A stretch of 64,000 nt of DNA, taken from assembly GCA_021731165.1 (NCBI GenBank), contig JAKFXY010000074.1, positions 2,861 to 66,860 on the forward strand, written 5' to 3'. Source of the stretch: Acidobacteriota bacterium. Lineage in GTDB: Bacteria > Acidobacteriota > Vicinamibacteria > Vicinamibacterales > UBA2999. Positions 16,907 to 26,890 of the stretch are shown here, one piece after another. Made by a program: the position numbers and the translations under genes. The notes beneath the pieces were generated by a model. The model was not told the origin of the DNA, ran no database searches, and saw only the letters and a program-made list of their open reading frames with translations. Within the stretch, counting starts at the first letter, position 1. Each line of letters begins with the position of its first letter.

Positions 16907-19420
16907 ATGCCCCTGGCACGACGACTTCTGCTCGTGTCCGCGCTCCTGCTGGCGCTGGGTGCCAGTTCATCCAGCCAGACGCGCCCGGCTGCGGATGCGT
17001 CGCCTGCCGACGCGGCGGCTCGTGCGCTCAATCTCGGTCGCTTCGACCAGGTGGATGCGCTTCTCAGAACCCTGACCGACCCGCGCGCTCTTGTGCTGCG
17101 CGCGCAGGCCGACATCGAGCGAGGTCGCTACCCACAGGCGGAAATGCTGCTCGCGGCGCCGGCGTCCGCCAACGCGGGGGGCGATGCCGCTCTCGCACTC
17201 GGCCTGTTGCAGCTCCACCTGGGCCGCCGCGCGGATGGCACGCGGACGCTGCAGCGGCTGCTGGCGACCGCGCCGCAGTCCAGCCCAGCCGACCTCGTAC
17301 GGCTCGGCCGCGCCGCGCGGGCGCTCGGGGAGGTTCAAGAGGCCAACGGCTACTTCCGGGAAGCCAGCGCCTTGGCTCCTGACGACGTGGCGATGAATAT
17401 CGCATGGGGCGAGCTCTTCTTCGAGAAGTACAACCGCTCCGACGCGTTGAAATCGTTCCAGTCGGCGGTGCGCGTTGATCCCGACAATGTGCGCGCGCGG
17501 CTCGGGCTGGCCAGCGTAGTCGCGGACGAGGATCCGCCCGCCGCGCGCAAGGCGCTCGACGGCATCCTCGCGCTCAATCCAAACTCGGTGCCGGCCCACC
17601 TGCTGGTGGCCGAACTCGCGCTGGATGATCGCCGCCGCGGTGACGCGCGCGCCTCGATTCAGAAGGCGCTTCAGGTCAATCCCAACAGCCTCGAGGCCCG
17701 GTCCCTTGAAGGCGCCATCGCCTTTCTTGAAGGGCGTCCGGCCGACTTCCAGGCGCAGGCCGCGGAGGTTCTGAAGATCAATCCGACCTACGGCGAGGTG
17801 TACCGCGTCGCCGGCGACCACCTGGCGCGCAACTACCGCTTCGAGGAAGCGGTGGATCTCACCCGCCGGGCGCTCGCGCTCGATCGCGACAGCACGCGCG
17901 CCAACAGCGACCTTGGGATGCAGCTGTTGCGCATCGGCGACGAGCCGGGAGCCCGGCGCGCGCTCGAGGCGGCGTTCAAGGCGGACCCGTATAACGTCGT
18001 CAACTTCAACTCGCTGTCGCTCCTCGACACGCTGGACACGTTCGAAACGATCACCGACGGCAACATCATCATGCGGCTGCATCCCGAGGAGGCCGCGGTG
18101 ATGCGCGAGTACGCGATGCCGCTGGCCAAGGAGGCGCTGGCGACGCTGTCCACGCGCTGGAACTTCACGCCGGCGGGTCCGATTCTCATCGAGATGTTCC
18201 CGAAGCACGACGACTTCGCCGTCCGCACGCTGGGCCTGCCGGGCCTGGTCGGCGCGCTCGGCGTCTGCTTCGGCAAGGTGGTCACGCTCGATTCGCCACG
18301 GGCGCGTCCACCGGGTGAGTTCAGCTGGCAGGAAACGCTCTGGCATGAGCTGACGCACGTGATTACGCTGCAGCTGTCGGACAACCGAGTGCCGCGGTGG
18401 CTCACCGAAGGGATTTCGGAATGGGAGGAGCGGCGCGCGGGTCGCGACTGGGGCCGCAATATTCAGGTCCAGTTCGCACAGGCGCTCGAGGCCGGCAAGG
18501 CCCTGAAGGTCAAGGACCTCAACGACGGCTTCACCAATCCGCAGCTCATCTCGCTCGCGTACTACGAGGCGTCCATTCTCGTGGACCACATGGTTCAGAC
18601 CTATGGGGAACCCGGCCTGCGCACACTGGTGCGAGCCTACGCCCGCGGAGTGGAGACCGATGTCGCCCTGATGGAGGCCTACAAGATCACCGTTGACGAG
18701 CTTCAGACGACATTTGACGTCAGGCTAGAGCGCGACTTCGGTCCCATTCGCCGCGCGCTGAAGGGACCGGACGTACCTCAGGACGCCGGCGTCGAGATCC
18801 TTCGCGCGGCCGCCCAGGCCAACCCGGACAGCTTCCCGATTCGCATGCGGCTGGCAGCGGCGCTGCATGCGGCCAAGGACGCCGCGGGCGCGATTCGCGA
18901 GCTGGAGCGAGCGGCGCAGCTGCTTCCCGTCGCCGCGGGACCGGACAACCCGAACGCGATGATTGCGGCCATCGCGCTCGAACAGAAGGATTCGACGCGT
19001 GCCATCCAGGCACTCGACGCCGTGCTCAAGGTCGATCACACCGACGTTGAATCGGCACGCAGGCTTGCCGCGCTCGTCGCGCCGCTGAACGACCCGGTCC
19101 GAACCGGTGTGGCCTATGAGCGCGTGGTGGCCCTCGATCCGTTCGACGGCGTCGCGCAGGCGGTGGTTGGGCGTGTGGCCATGCAGCGCCGCGACGTGCC
19201 GCGGGCGCTGCGGGCGTTCCGTGCCGCACTCGCTGCCAACCCGGCCGACAAGGCTGTCGCGCACGTCGATCTCGCCGAAGCCTACCTGCTGAGCGGGGGG
19301 CAGGCCGAGGCGAAGCGCCAGACGCTGGCGGCCCTCGAGATCGCACCGTCGTTCGAGCGCGCGCAGGATCTGCTGCTGAGGCTCGTTGGCGAGACATCCC
19401 CCGGGGGCGGCGTGCGGTGA
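16907..19420 (+). CDS. TPR-repeat protein with embedded peptidase-MA-like (HExxH) domain
   Basis: Signal peptide, N- and C-terminal TPR arrays, central WHELTHV ... EGISEWEE (HExxH plus a downstream Glu). Confidence 0.7.
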   Translation: MPLARRLLLVSALLLALGASSSSQTRPAADASPADAAARALNLGRFDQVDALLRTLTDPRALVLRAQADIERGRYPQAEMLLAAPASANAGGDAALALGLLQLHLGRRADGTRTLQRLLATAPQSSPADLVRLGRAARALGEVQEANGYFREASALAPDDVAMNIAWGELFFEKYNRSDALKSFQSAVRVDPDNVRARLGLASVVADEDPPAARKALDGILALNPNSVPAHLLVAELALDDRRRGDARASIQKALQVNPNSLEARSLEGAIAFLEGRPADFQAQAAEVLKINPTYGEVYRVAGDHLARNYRFEEAVDLTRRALALDRDSTRANSDLGMQLLRIGDEPGARRALEAAFKADPYNVVNFNSLSLLDTLDTFETITDGNIIMRLHPEEAAVMREYAMPLAKEALATLSTRWNFTPAGPILIEMFPKHDDFAVRTLGLPGLVGALGVCFGKVVTLDSPRARPPGEFSWQETLWHELTHVITLQLSDNRVPRWLTEGISEWEERRAGRDWGRNIQVQFAQALEAGKALKVKDLNDGFTNPQLISLAYYEASILVDHMVQTYGEPGLRTLVRAYARGVETDVALMEAYKITVDELQTTFDVRLERDFGPIRRALKGPDVPQDAGVEILRAAAQANPDSFPIRMRLAAALHAAKDAAGAIRELERAAQLLPVAAGPDNPNAMIAAIALEQKDSTRAIQALDAVLKVDHTDVESARRLAALVAPLNDPVRTGVAYERVVALDPFDGVAQAVVGRVAMQRRDVPRALRAFRAALAANPADKAVAHVDLAEAYLLSGGQAEAKRQTLAALEIAPSFERAQDLLLRLVGETSPGGGVR

Positions 19421-20214
19421 ACGGGGCGGCCGTACTCGGCGTCGCGGCGCTGACGGCCAGCCTGGTTCTCGTCGGGCCCGCGCATCTCACCCAGGCCGTT
19501 GCCCAGGTGACGGCCCCGGATGACGGCCGCTTTGCCGGTCTGCGGTGGACCTTCGTGCGCGTGCGCTATTCCGCGTTCACGGTAGAGAGCCGCCTCCGCG
19601 AGGATGACTGGGGCGAGCCGTGGGCGATCGACGGCCCGGCCGCCGAACAGAATCTCTCCCGCCGGCTTCGCACGCTCACCGCGATCGACGTCAACGAGCC
19701 CATCACGATGACGCTCGACGATCCACGACTCTTCGAGCAGGGATGGCTGTACATGGTGGAGCCAGGCAACCTGCGGCTGCGGGCCGGAGAGGCAGGTATT
19801 CTTCGCGAGTTTCTCCTGCGGGGAGGAACGCTGACCTTCGATGATTTCCACGGCCCGTTCGAGTGGGACAACGTGGCAAGCGAGATGAAGCGTGTGTTTC
19901 CGGACCGTACCCCGGTGGATCTTCCGCTCTCGCATCCGATCTATGCAGTCTTCTACAGCATCAGCGCCTACCCGCAGGTCCCGGGGATCGGCTCCTTCCT
20001 TGCCGGCCGGACGTGGGAGAAGGGTGGTTTCGTTCCGCGCCTGCGCGCCATCCTCGACGACAGGGGACGCCCAATGGTGCTCATCAACTGGAACACCGAC
20101 ATGGGCGACGGTGTTGAGTGGTCGAACGCCGAAGAGTATCCCGGCTACGTGAAATACACGGCAGACGCGTACCGGATGTTCATCAACGAAATCATCTACA
20201 CGCTGACGCACTAG
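19417..20214 (+). CDS. DUF4159 domain protein
   Basis: GTGA start/stop overlap with the upstream gene. Signal/TM N-terminus, then VRVRYS...GEPWAIDGPAAEQNL...FDDFHGPFEWDN, which resembles DUF4159 proteins found next to MoxR/DUF58 genes. Confidence 0.55.
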   Translation: MNGAAVLGVAALTASLVLVGPAHLTQAVAQVTAPDDGRFAGLRWTFVRVRYSAFTVESRLREDDWGEPWAIDGPAAEQNLSRRLRTLTAIDVNEPITMTLDDPRLFEQGWLYMVEPGNLRLRAGEAGILREFLLRGGTLTFDDFHGPFEWDNVASEMKRVFPDRTPVDLPLSHPIYAVFYSISAYPQVPGIGSFLAGRTWEKGGFVPRLRAILDDRGRPMVLINWNTDMGDGVEWSNAEEYPGYVKYTADAYRMFINEIIYTLTH

Positions 20215-20262
20215 GCGGGCCGGCGCGCCCCGCAACTGGCATAGGCACGTTTCACAACGGAC

Positions 20263-21290
<1,028 letters not shown>

Positions 21291-21294
<4 letters not shown>

Positions 21295-22190
21295 GCGCCG
21301 CGGAGCTCCGGTTCCTCGATCCCGCCGTTCTGGCTCGGTTGGGGACGCTCGAGCTGAGGGCACGGACGGTCGTTGAAGGGTTTCTGTCGGGTCTGCACCG
21401 CAGCCCCTTCAGGGGTTTCAGCGTCGAGTTCGCCGAATACCGTCAGTATCTCCCCGGCGATGACCTCTCGACGATTGACTGGAAGGTCTACGCCCGCAGC
21501 GATCGCCACTACGTCAAGAAGTTCGAAGAAGATACGAACCTCGATTGCCACCTGCTGCTCGACCTCAGCGCGTCGATGGGGTACGGCTCGCGCGGCGTGA
21601 CGAAGCTGGAGTACGGCTCCATGCTCGCCGCGTCGCTGGCCTTCCTCATGCAACGCCAGCGCGATGGTGTGTCGCTGACGACGTTCGACGAGGCCATTGT
21701 TTCGCGGCTGCCGCCGAGCGCGCGTCCTGGACATCTGCGCGCCATCCTCGGGATGCTCGATCGCGTGCGGCTCGGCATGAGGACGGATGTGTCGAGGCCG
21801 CTGCACCTGCTCGCCGACGGCATCAGCAAGCGGGGGATGGTCGTACTCATCTCGGACCTTCTCGACGACCCGGCGCGCGTCGTGGACGGCCTGCGGCACT
21901 TCCGGTTCCGTGGCACCGACGTGATTGTCTTCCACGTCATGGACCCGGCCGAGATCACCTTTCCGTTCGAGCGTGCGACCCGATTTCGCGACATGGAGAG
22001 CGGAGACGAGATCGTGGCCGTTCCCGCTGTCATCCGCGAGCGCTACAGAGCGGCACTTCGTGCCGCGCAGGAGATCTACAGGGGCGAACTCGGGGCCGCT
22101 GGCATCGACTACCAGATTCTGGACACGTCGCGGCCGCTGGAGTTCGCCCTGATGGCGTACCTCTCCGCGCGAGGGCGAGGCAGGAAGTGA
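21291..22190 (+). CDS. DUF58 domain protein
   Basis: ATGA overlap with moxR. The HRSPFRGFSVEFAEYRQYLPGDDLSTIDWK signature is present. Confidence 0.8.
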
Positions 22191-22199
22191 CGTAGGGCG

Positions 22200-24134
22200 A
22201 TGTTCGGGCTGTCATTTCTATCGCCGCTGTTTCTCGCCGGCGCGGCCGCGGCGGCGATTCCGATCGCGCTGCACCTCTTCCACCGCCGCATCGATCCCGT
22301 CATCGATTTCGCCGCAATACGCTATCTGCGGGCGGCGACCGTCGAGCAGGCGAGCCGACGCCGGTTCAGGGAGCTCTTGCTGGTCGCGCTGCGCGTGGCC
22401 GCGCTCGTCATCCTGGCCGTTGCGTTCGCGCGTCCGTATCTCGCTGCATCGGCCGCCGATCTCGCGGCGCCAGCGACGCTCGTGCTCATCGATACCTCCG
22501 CGAGCCTGTCGGCGCCGGGCCAGTTCGCTCGCGCTCGAGCCCTTGCGACAGCGGCCATCCGCTCGGCGCCCGCCGGCCAGGCGGTTGGGGTCCTGACGTT
22601 CGGCAATGGCGCGGATCTCGTCGCGCCGCTCTCCCTGGATCGCGCGGGTGCCTTGGCCGCGGTGGAGGCGGTGACGGCAGGAGGCGGCGCCACGGGATAC
22701 CGCGCGGCGTTGGCTCGCGCCGCCGAAGCGCTCGGCGATCGGAGTGGACGCTTCCTTGTCATCACAGATCTCCAGAAGAGCGCGTGGGACACCGCAGGTG
22801 ATGGAAGCGTGTCGGGGCGGGTGAGCGTGGAGGTTATCGACGCCGGAGGCCCGGCCTCGAACGTCGGTATCTCGTCTCTCCATATCGACGTCTCCGGGGC
22901 CGTCGCGGTGGTGCACAACTATTCGCCACGCGCGGTCGAGCCACGTCTGGAATTCGCCATCGACGGCAGACACGCGGGATCCGTACAGGTGAAGGTCGGA
23001 GCGGGCAGTAGCGCCGAAGTGCGCTTCGATCTCGAGGGGCGCTCGGGCGGCGCGTTAACGGCCTCGGTCGGCGACACGGAGGGCTATGCCGCCGATAACG
23101 TGCGCTACGCGGTGATGGACGCCGCCGACAGGCCGTCAGTGCTCATCGTGACACCGTCCGGCGCACCGTCCGAGGCGTTGTATCTGAGCCATGCACTCGA
23201 GGTCACCGAGGGTGCGGGTGGCATCCGGCCGCGTGTGCTCAGCGGGTCGCAGTTCTCCGAACTTGCGCCGGAGAGGCTGGCTGAGGTGGACGCGCTGGCC
23301 ATTCTCGGCACGCGCGGGATCGGGCGTCGCGGCCGTGAGCTGCTGGCCGAGTACGTGAGTCAGGGCGGTGGACTGCTCGTCGGGGCTGGTCCGGCCGTCG
23401 ATCCGGTTGTCATCGAAGAGGCGCTGAGCGGCCTGCTTCGCAGCCGTTGGCGCCCGCGCGCGGCCGTGTCGCCAGACAAGGCGGTGCTTCGATTTGCCCC
23501 CGACGACATCCGCCATCCTGTGTTTCGTCTGCTTGGTGGCGTCGGCACTCTGACCAATGTGGCCTTCGAGCGCTCCGTACTCGTGGCACCTGGAGAAAAC
23601 GCTGACGTGATTGCCAGATTTTCCGACGGGAGCCCGGCACTGATCGACGAGCAGGTGGGGAACGGACGGGTGCTGATCTTCGCGTCAGACCTGAACCGTG
23701 AGGGGAACAGCTTTCCCCTTCAGCCGGCGTTCGTACCTTTCGTCGTGGAGTCGCTGCGCTACCTTGAGTTCTCGCGCGCATCAACCGGCGCTTCGACCGG
23801 CACCGCTACCAGATCGTCGCGGACGGAATATCTCGTGGGCGACCTGCCCGGCGCGGAGGGTGCGTCACCCGGCATCGTCCGTATAGGCGGTGCCGAGGGG
23901 CAGGGATCCGGTCGCCGCGTGGCGGTGAACGTGGATGCGCGGGAATCGGATCCGACGCGGATTGACGCCGATGCCTTTGGCGCCATGGTGTCGCGGCTGC
24001 AAAGCCGGGCAGCCCAGCGCGCCCGCGCCGACCTGCAGGATCGGGAGGACACGCTCCGGCTCTGGCAGTATGGTCTGGCGCTGCTCATCGTGAGCCTTGC
24101 CGCGGAGAGCGTGGTGGGGCGGAGGGTCGGATGA
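22200..24134 (+). CDS. BatA-N-terminal-domain / VWA membrane protein
   Basis: The N-terminus FLSPLFLAGAAAAAIPIALHLFHRR is the aerotolerance-regulator N-domain. MIDAS-like LIDTSAS is present, and there is a C-terminal TM segment. Confidence 0.65.
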   Translation: MFGLSFLSPLFLAGAAAAAIPIALHLFHRRIDPVIDFAAIRYLRAATVEQASRRRFRELLLVALRVAALVILAVAFARPYLAASAADLAAPATLVLIDTSASLSAPGQFARARALATAAIRSAPAGQAVGVLTFGNGADLVAPLSLDRAGALAAVEAVTAGGGATGYRAALARAAEALGDRSGRFLVITDLQKSAWDTAGDGSVSGRVSVEVIDAGGPASNVGISSLHIDVSGAVAVVHNYSPRAVEPRLEFAIDGRHAGSVQVKVGAGSSAEVRFDLEGRSGGALTASVGDTEGYAADNVRYAVMDAADRPSVLIVTPSGAPSEALYLSHALEVTEGAGGIRPRVLSGSQFSELAPERLAEVDALAILGTRGIGRRGRELLAEYVSQGGGLLVGAGPAVDPVVIEEALSGLLRSRWRPRAAVSPDKAVLRFAPDDIRHPVFRLLGGVGTLTNVAFERSVLVAPGENADVIARFSDGSPALIDEQVGNGRVLIFASDLNREGNSFPLQPAFVPFVVESLRYLEFSRASTGASTGTATRSSRTEYLVGDLPGAEGASPGIVRIGGAEGQGSGRRVAVNVDARESDPTRIDADAFGAMVSRLQSRAAQRARADLQDREDTLRLWQYGLALLIVSLAAESVVGRRVG

Positions 24135-26890
24135 CGGGCGAGCACTCGACCGAGATCTCGTCGATCCTGTCGGAGGCCAGGGCTCGCTGGCGCCGGCGCG
24201 ACCTGCTCGGGAGCGCGACAGTCGCGGCGTCGGCTGCGGCGATCGGGGTTGCGATTGCCCTTGCCGCAGACCGCTTCCTGGCGCCGCAGAGTCCGGCGTC
24301 CTTCGGTGTCTGGCTCGTGGCGGGTCTCGTTGCTCTGGCGTGCGTGGCGAGGATGAGTGTGCCGTTGCGGCGCGTCATCACTGACTCGCAGATCGCCCGG
24401 CACATCGAGGAGCGTTGTCCGGAACTGGAGGATGCGCTGATTAGTGCGGTGGCCGCGCGCAATGGCTCATCGCCCCGTGCCGTGGTGGCGGCCGTTGTCG
24501 GCGACGCCGCCCGGCGCACCCGTGGCCTGGACTTGGACCGCGTTGTCAGCCGATCGGATCTACGCGCGGCCTCGATGCGCGCCTTGGCGGCTACGCTGGC
24601 TCTTGTGATCGCATGCGGCGCCGCGGTTAGTCCCGCACGGCGCGCGTCGAGAGCCTTTGCCTTGTTCATGACCGCCGCCGGAGTTGCCTCGCGAGACCAC
24701 GCCGTTGCCGTCGCGCGGCCGCCGCGAGTGGAGCGTATCGATCTGCGCTACGAGTATCCGCCGGCGTTCAGGATGGACGCGCGAGTGGAGGAGGACGGCG
24801 GAGATATCTACGGGCCGCCCGGCACTCGCGTGCATCTGCTGGTCCATACGGATACGCCGGTGACCTCCGGTGCATTGATGGTCACTCCGGGTAACCGCGT
24901 GACACTCGCGGCGCGTCGCGCTGCTCCCACGGCAGACACCGCACCGGGAGACGGCACTGTCCTCGAAGGCGACTTGACGATTAGCGAAGACGGCTCCTAT
25001 CGGGTGGCGCTGTCCGATGAGGATGGCCTCAGCTCTCCTGGCGAGACCGAGTATTTCATCAGGACGTTCGAGGATCGTCCTCCCAACGTCAGGGTTCTGC
25101 GACCGACCGGCGATCGCAGGGTGACTCCGGTGGAAGAAGTGTCGATAGAGGCGAGCGCGGACGACGACGTCGGCGTGGCCGCTTTCGATCTCGTGTTCGC
25201 CGTCAAGGGTGGCGAGGAGCAGGTCGTGCCATTCACGCGCGACGGGTCCGGGTTGTCGGTTGTGGGGCATCGCACCATCAAGCTGGCCGACCTCAGGCTT
25301 CAGCTGGGCGACTTTGTCAGCTACTACGCCCGTGCGCGCGGCGTCGGCCGCGGAAAGCGGTCGAGCGAGGCCCGCAGCGATATTTACTTCCTCGAGGTGT
25401 CGCCGTTCAAGGAAGAGTTCGTCCCGCCAGAGGGTCAGCGGGCCGGCGGCGAAGACCGCGCGCTGGACGACCTCGTCGAGTCACAGAGGGAGATCGTGAC
25501 GGCCACATGGAGGCTGGATCGCGGGGGGCGCGACGCAGGGACACGCTCGCGGGAGGACGTTCGTACGGTGGCGAGGGCGCAGGCGGATCTGCGCGTGAAG
25601 ACGCTGGCGCAGGCCGCGCAGAGGGAGCAGCCCATCGATGCTACGAGTCGGGGCAACGGCGGCCGGCCACCCGGCGGTGTGTTGCCGCAGGAGACAACCG
25701 ACGACGCGATGGCCAAAGCGGCCGAAGCCATGCTGGGCGCGCAGCAGCAGCTCGATGCGTTGAAGACCGCCCCCGCGCTTCCCTTGGAGATGGCCGCCCT
25801 CGATGAGTTGATGCGCGCACGATCTGATGCGCGCCGCCGCGCCATCGAGCAGCAGCAGGACGGGCAAGGCGATGGCCCGGCCGGCAGCAGGCAGCCTCAG
25901 GATCTTTCGGCGACCTTTGACCGCGAGCTAGCTCGCCAACAGCAAACCAATTTTGAGACCTTGAAGGCAACGAGCGAATCACGCGACGGGGATGCGCCCG
26001 CCGAGACGCTCGACAGGATCAGGGAGCTGGCGAAGCGTCAGGAAGCGCTCAATCGCGAAGGACAGGAGCTGGCCCGTGAAGGCCACGCTGGCGAAGAGCT
26101 TCGGCGCGAGCTCGACCGGCTGGCGCGTGAGCAGTCCGAGCTGCGTCAACAGGCCGAGACGCTTGCCCGCCAGCTTCAGCAGGCGCAATCGTCCCAGGCC
26201 GGGGGACGGGGCAGGCAGGGTGGCCAGGACGGACAGCAGGGCCAGCAACATGGCCGCGCGATGCAGGAGATCTCGGAAGAGATGCGCGCTGCGGCCAGCG
26301 AGCTGCGCCGGCAGGATGCCAGTCAGGCAGGCGAACGCGGAGACCGTGCCGCGGAGCGGCTCCGCGAGTTGGAGCAGAGCATGCGCAGCTCGCGGCTTGA
26401 TGACGAGCTGTCCCGCGTACGTGAACTTCGCGATCGTCTCGCGGAGCTCGATCGCCGGCTGTCCGAGATGGCGCAGCAGGGCGGGCGTTCTGGCGGGGAA
26501 GGCCGTGGCCAGCAGGATGGCGGGAACGGCCAGGGTAGCGCTGACAGATCGCCCGGCGACGGCCCATGGGATGGCACCCGGCGATTGCTCGAGGATCTGC
26601 GCGGCGATAAGTCCCTTGGCCTCAGCCCTGGTCAGCTCAACGGGTTCAATCCTGGCTCGTCGGCCCCAGGCACGGAGGGCTTCAAGCAGGACTTCGCGCG
26701 TTGGGACGAGCTGAAGGAGCAGCTCGTGGCGGTGCTCGAGAGAGTCGAATCCTCGGCGGCCGCACGTCTCCGCGGGCAGGAGGCGACCGACCGATTGAAC
26801 ACGGGCGTCACGCAGTCCGTTCCGGAGCAATACCGCCGCCTCGTCGACCGGTACTACCGCGCGCTGGCGGGTACGGCGCAGGGGAAATAG
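24131..26890 (+). CDS. large membrane protein (DUF4175-like) with Q/R/E-rich coiled-coil region
   Basis: ATGA overlap with the upstream gene. Two N-terminal TM segments. The 919-aa protein has a low-complexity charged C-terminal half. The family call is tentative. Confidence 0.4.
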   Translation: MTGEHSTEISSILSEARARWRRRDLLGSATVAASAAAIGVAIALAADRFLAPQSPASFGVWLVAGLVALACVARMSVPLRRVITDSQIARHIEERCPELEDALISAVAARNGSSPRAVVAAVVGDAARRTRGLDLDRVVSRSDLRAASMRALAATLALVIACGAAVSPARRASRAFALFMTAAGVASRDHAVAVARPPRVERIDLRYEYPPAFRMDARVEEDGGDIYGPPGTRVHLLVHTDTPVTSGALMVTPGNRVTLAARRAAPTADTAPGDGTVLEGDLTISEDGSYRVALSDEDGLSSPGETEYFIRTFEDRPPNVRVLRPTGDRRVTPVEEVSIEASADDDVGVAAFDLVFAVKGGEEQVVPFTRDGSGLSVVGHRTIKLADLRLQLGDFVSYYARARGVGRGKRSSEARSDIYFLEVSPFKEEFVPPEGQRAGGEDRALDDLVESQREIVTATWRLDRGGRDAGTRSREDVRTVARAQADLRVKTLAQAAQREQPIDATSRGNGGRPPGGVLPQETTDDAMAKAAEAMLGAQQQLDALKTAPALPLEMAALDELMRARSDARRRAIEQQQDGQGDGPAGSRQPQDLSATFDRELARQQQTNFETLKATSESRDGDAPAETLDRIRELAKRQEALNREGQELAREGHAGEELRRELDRLAREQSELRQQAETLARQLQQAQSSQAGGRGRQGGQDGQQGQQHGRAMQEISEEMRAAASELRRQDASQAGERGDRAAERLRELEQSMRSSRLDDELSRVRELRDRLAELDRRLSEMAQQGGRSGGEGRGQQDGGNGQGSADRSPGDGPWDGTRRLLEDLRGDKSLGLSPGQLNGFNPGSSAPGTEGFKQDFARWDELKEQLVAVLERVESSAAARLRGQEATDRLNTGVTQSVPEQYRRLVDRYYRALAGTAQGK

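Noticed and set aside
16967-18589. 540-aa minus-strand ORF
   Set aside because: It is antisense to the TPR/HExxH gene. It is low-complexity and Arg-rich with no recognisable domain.
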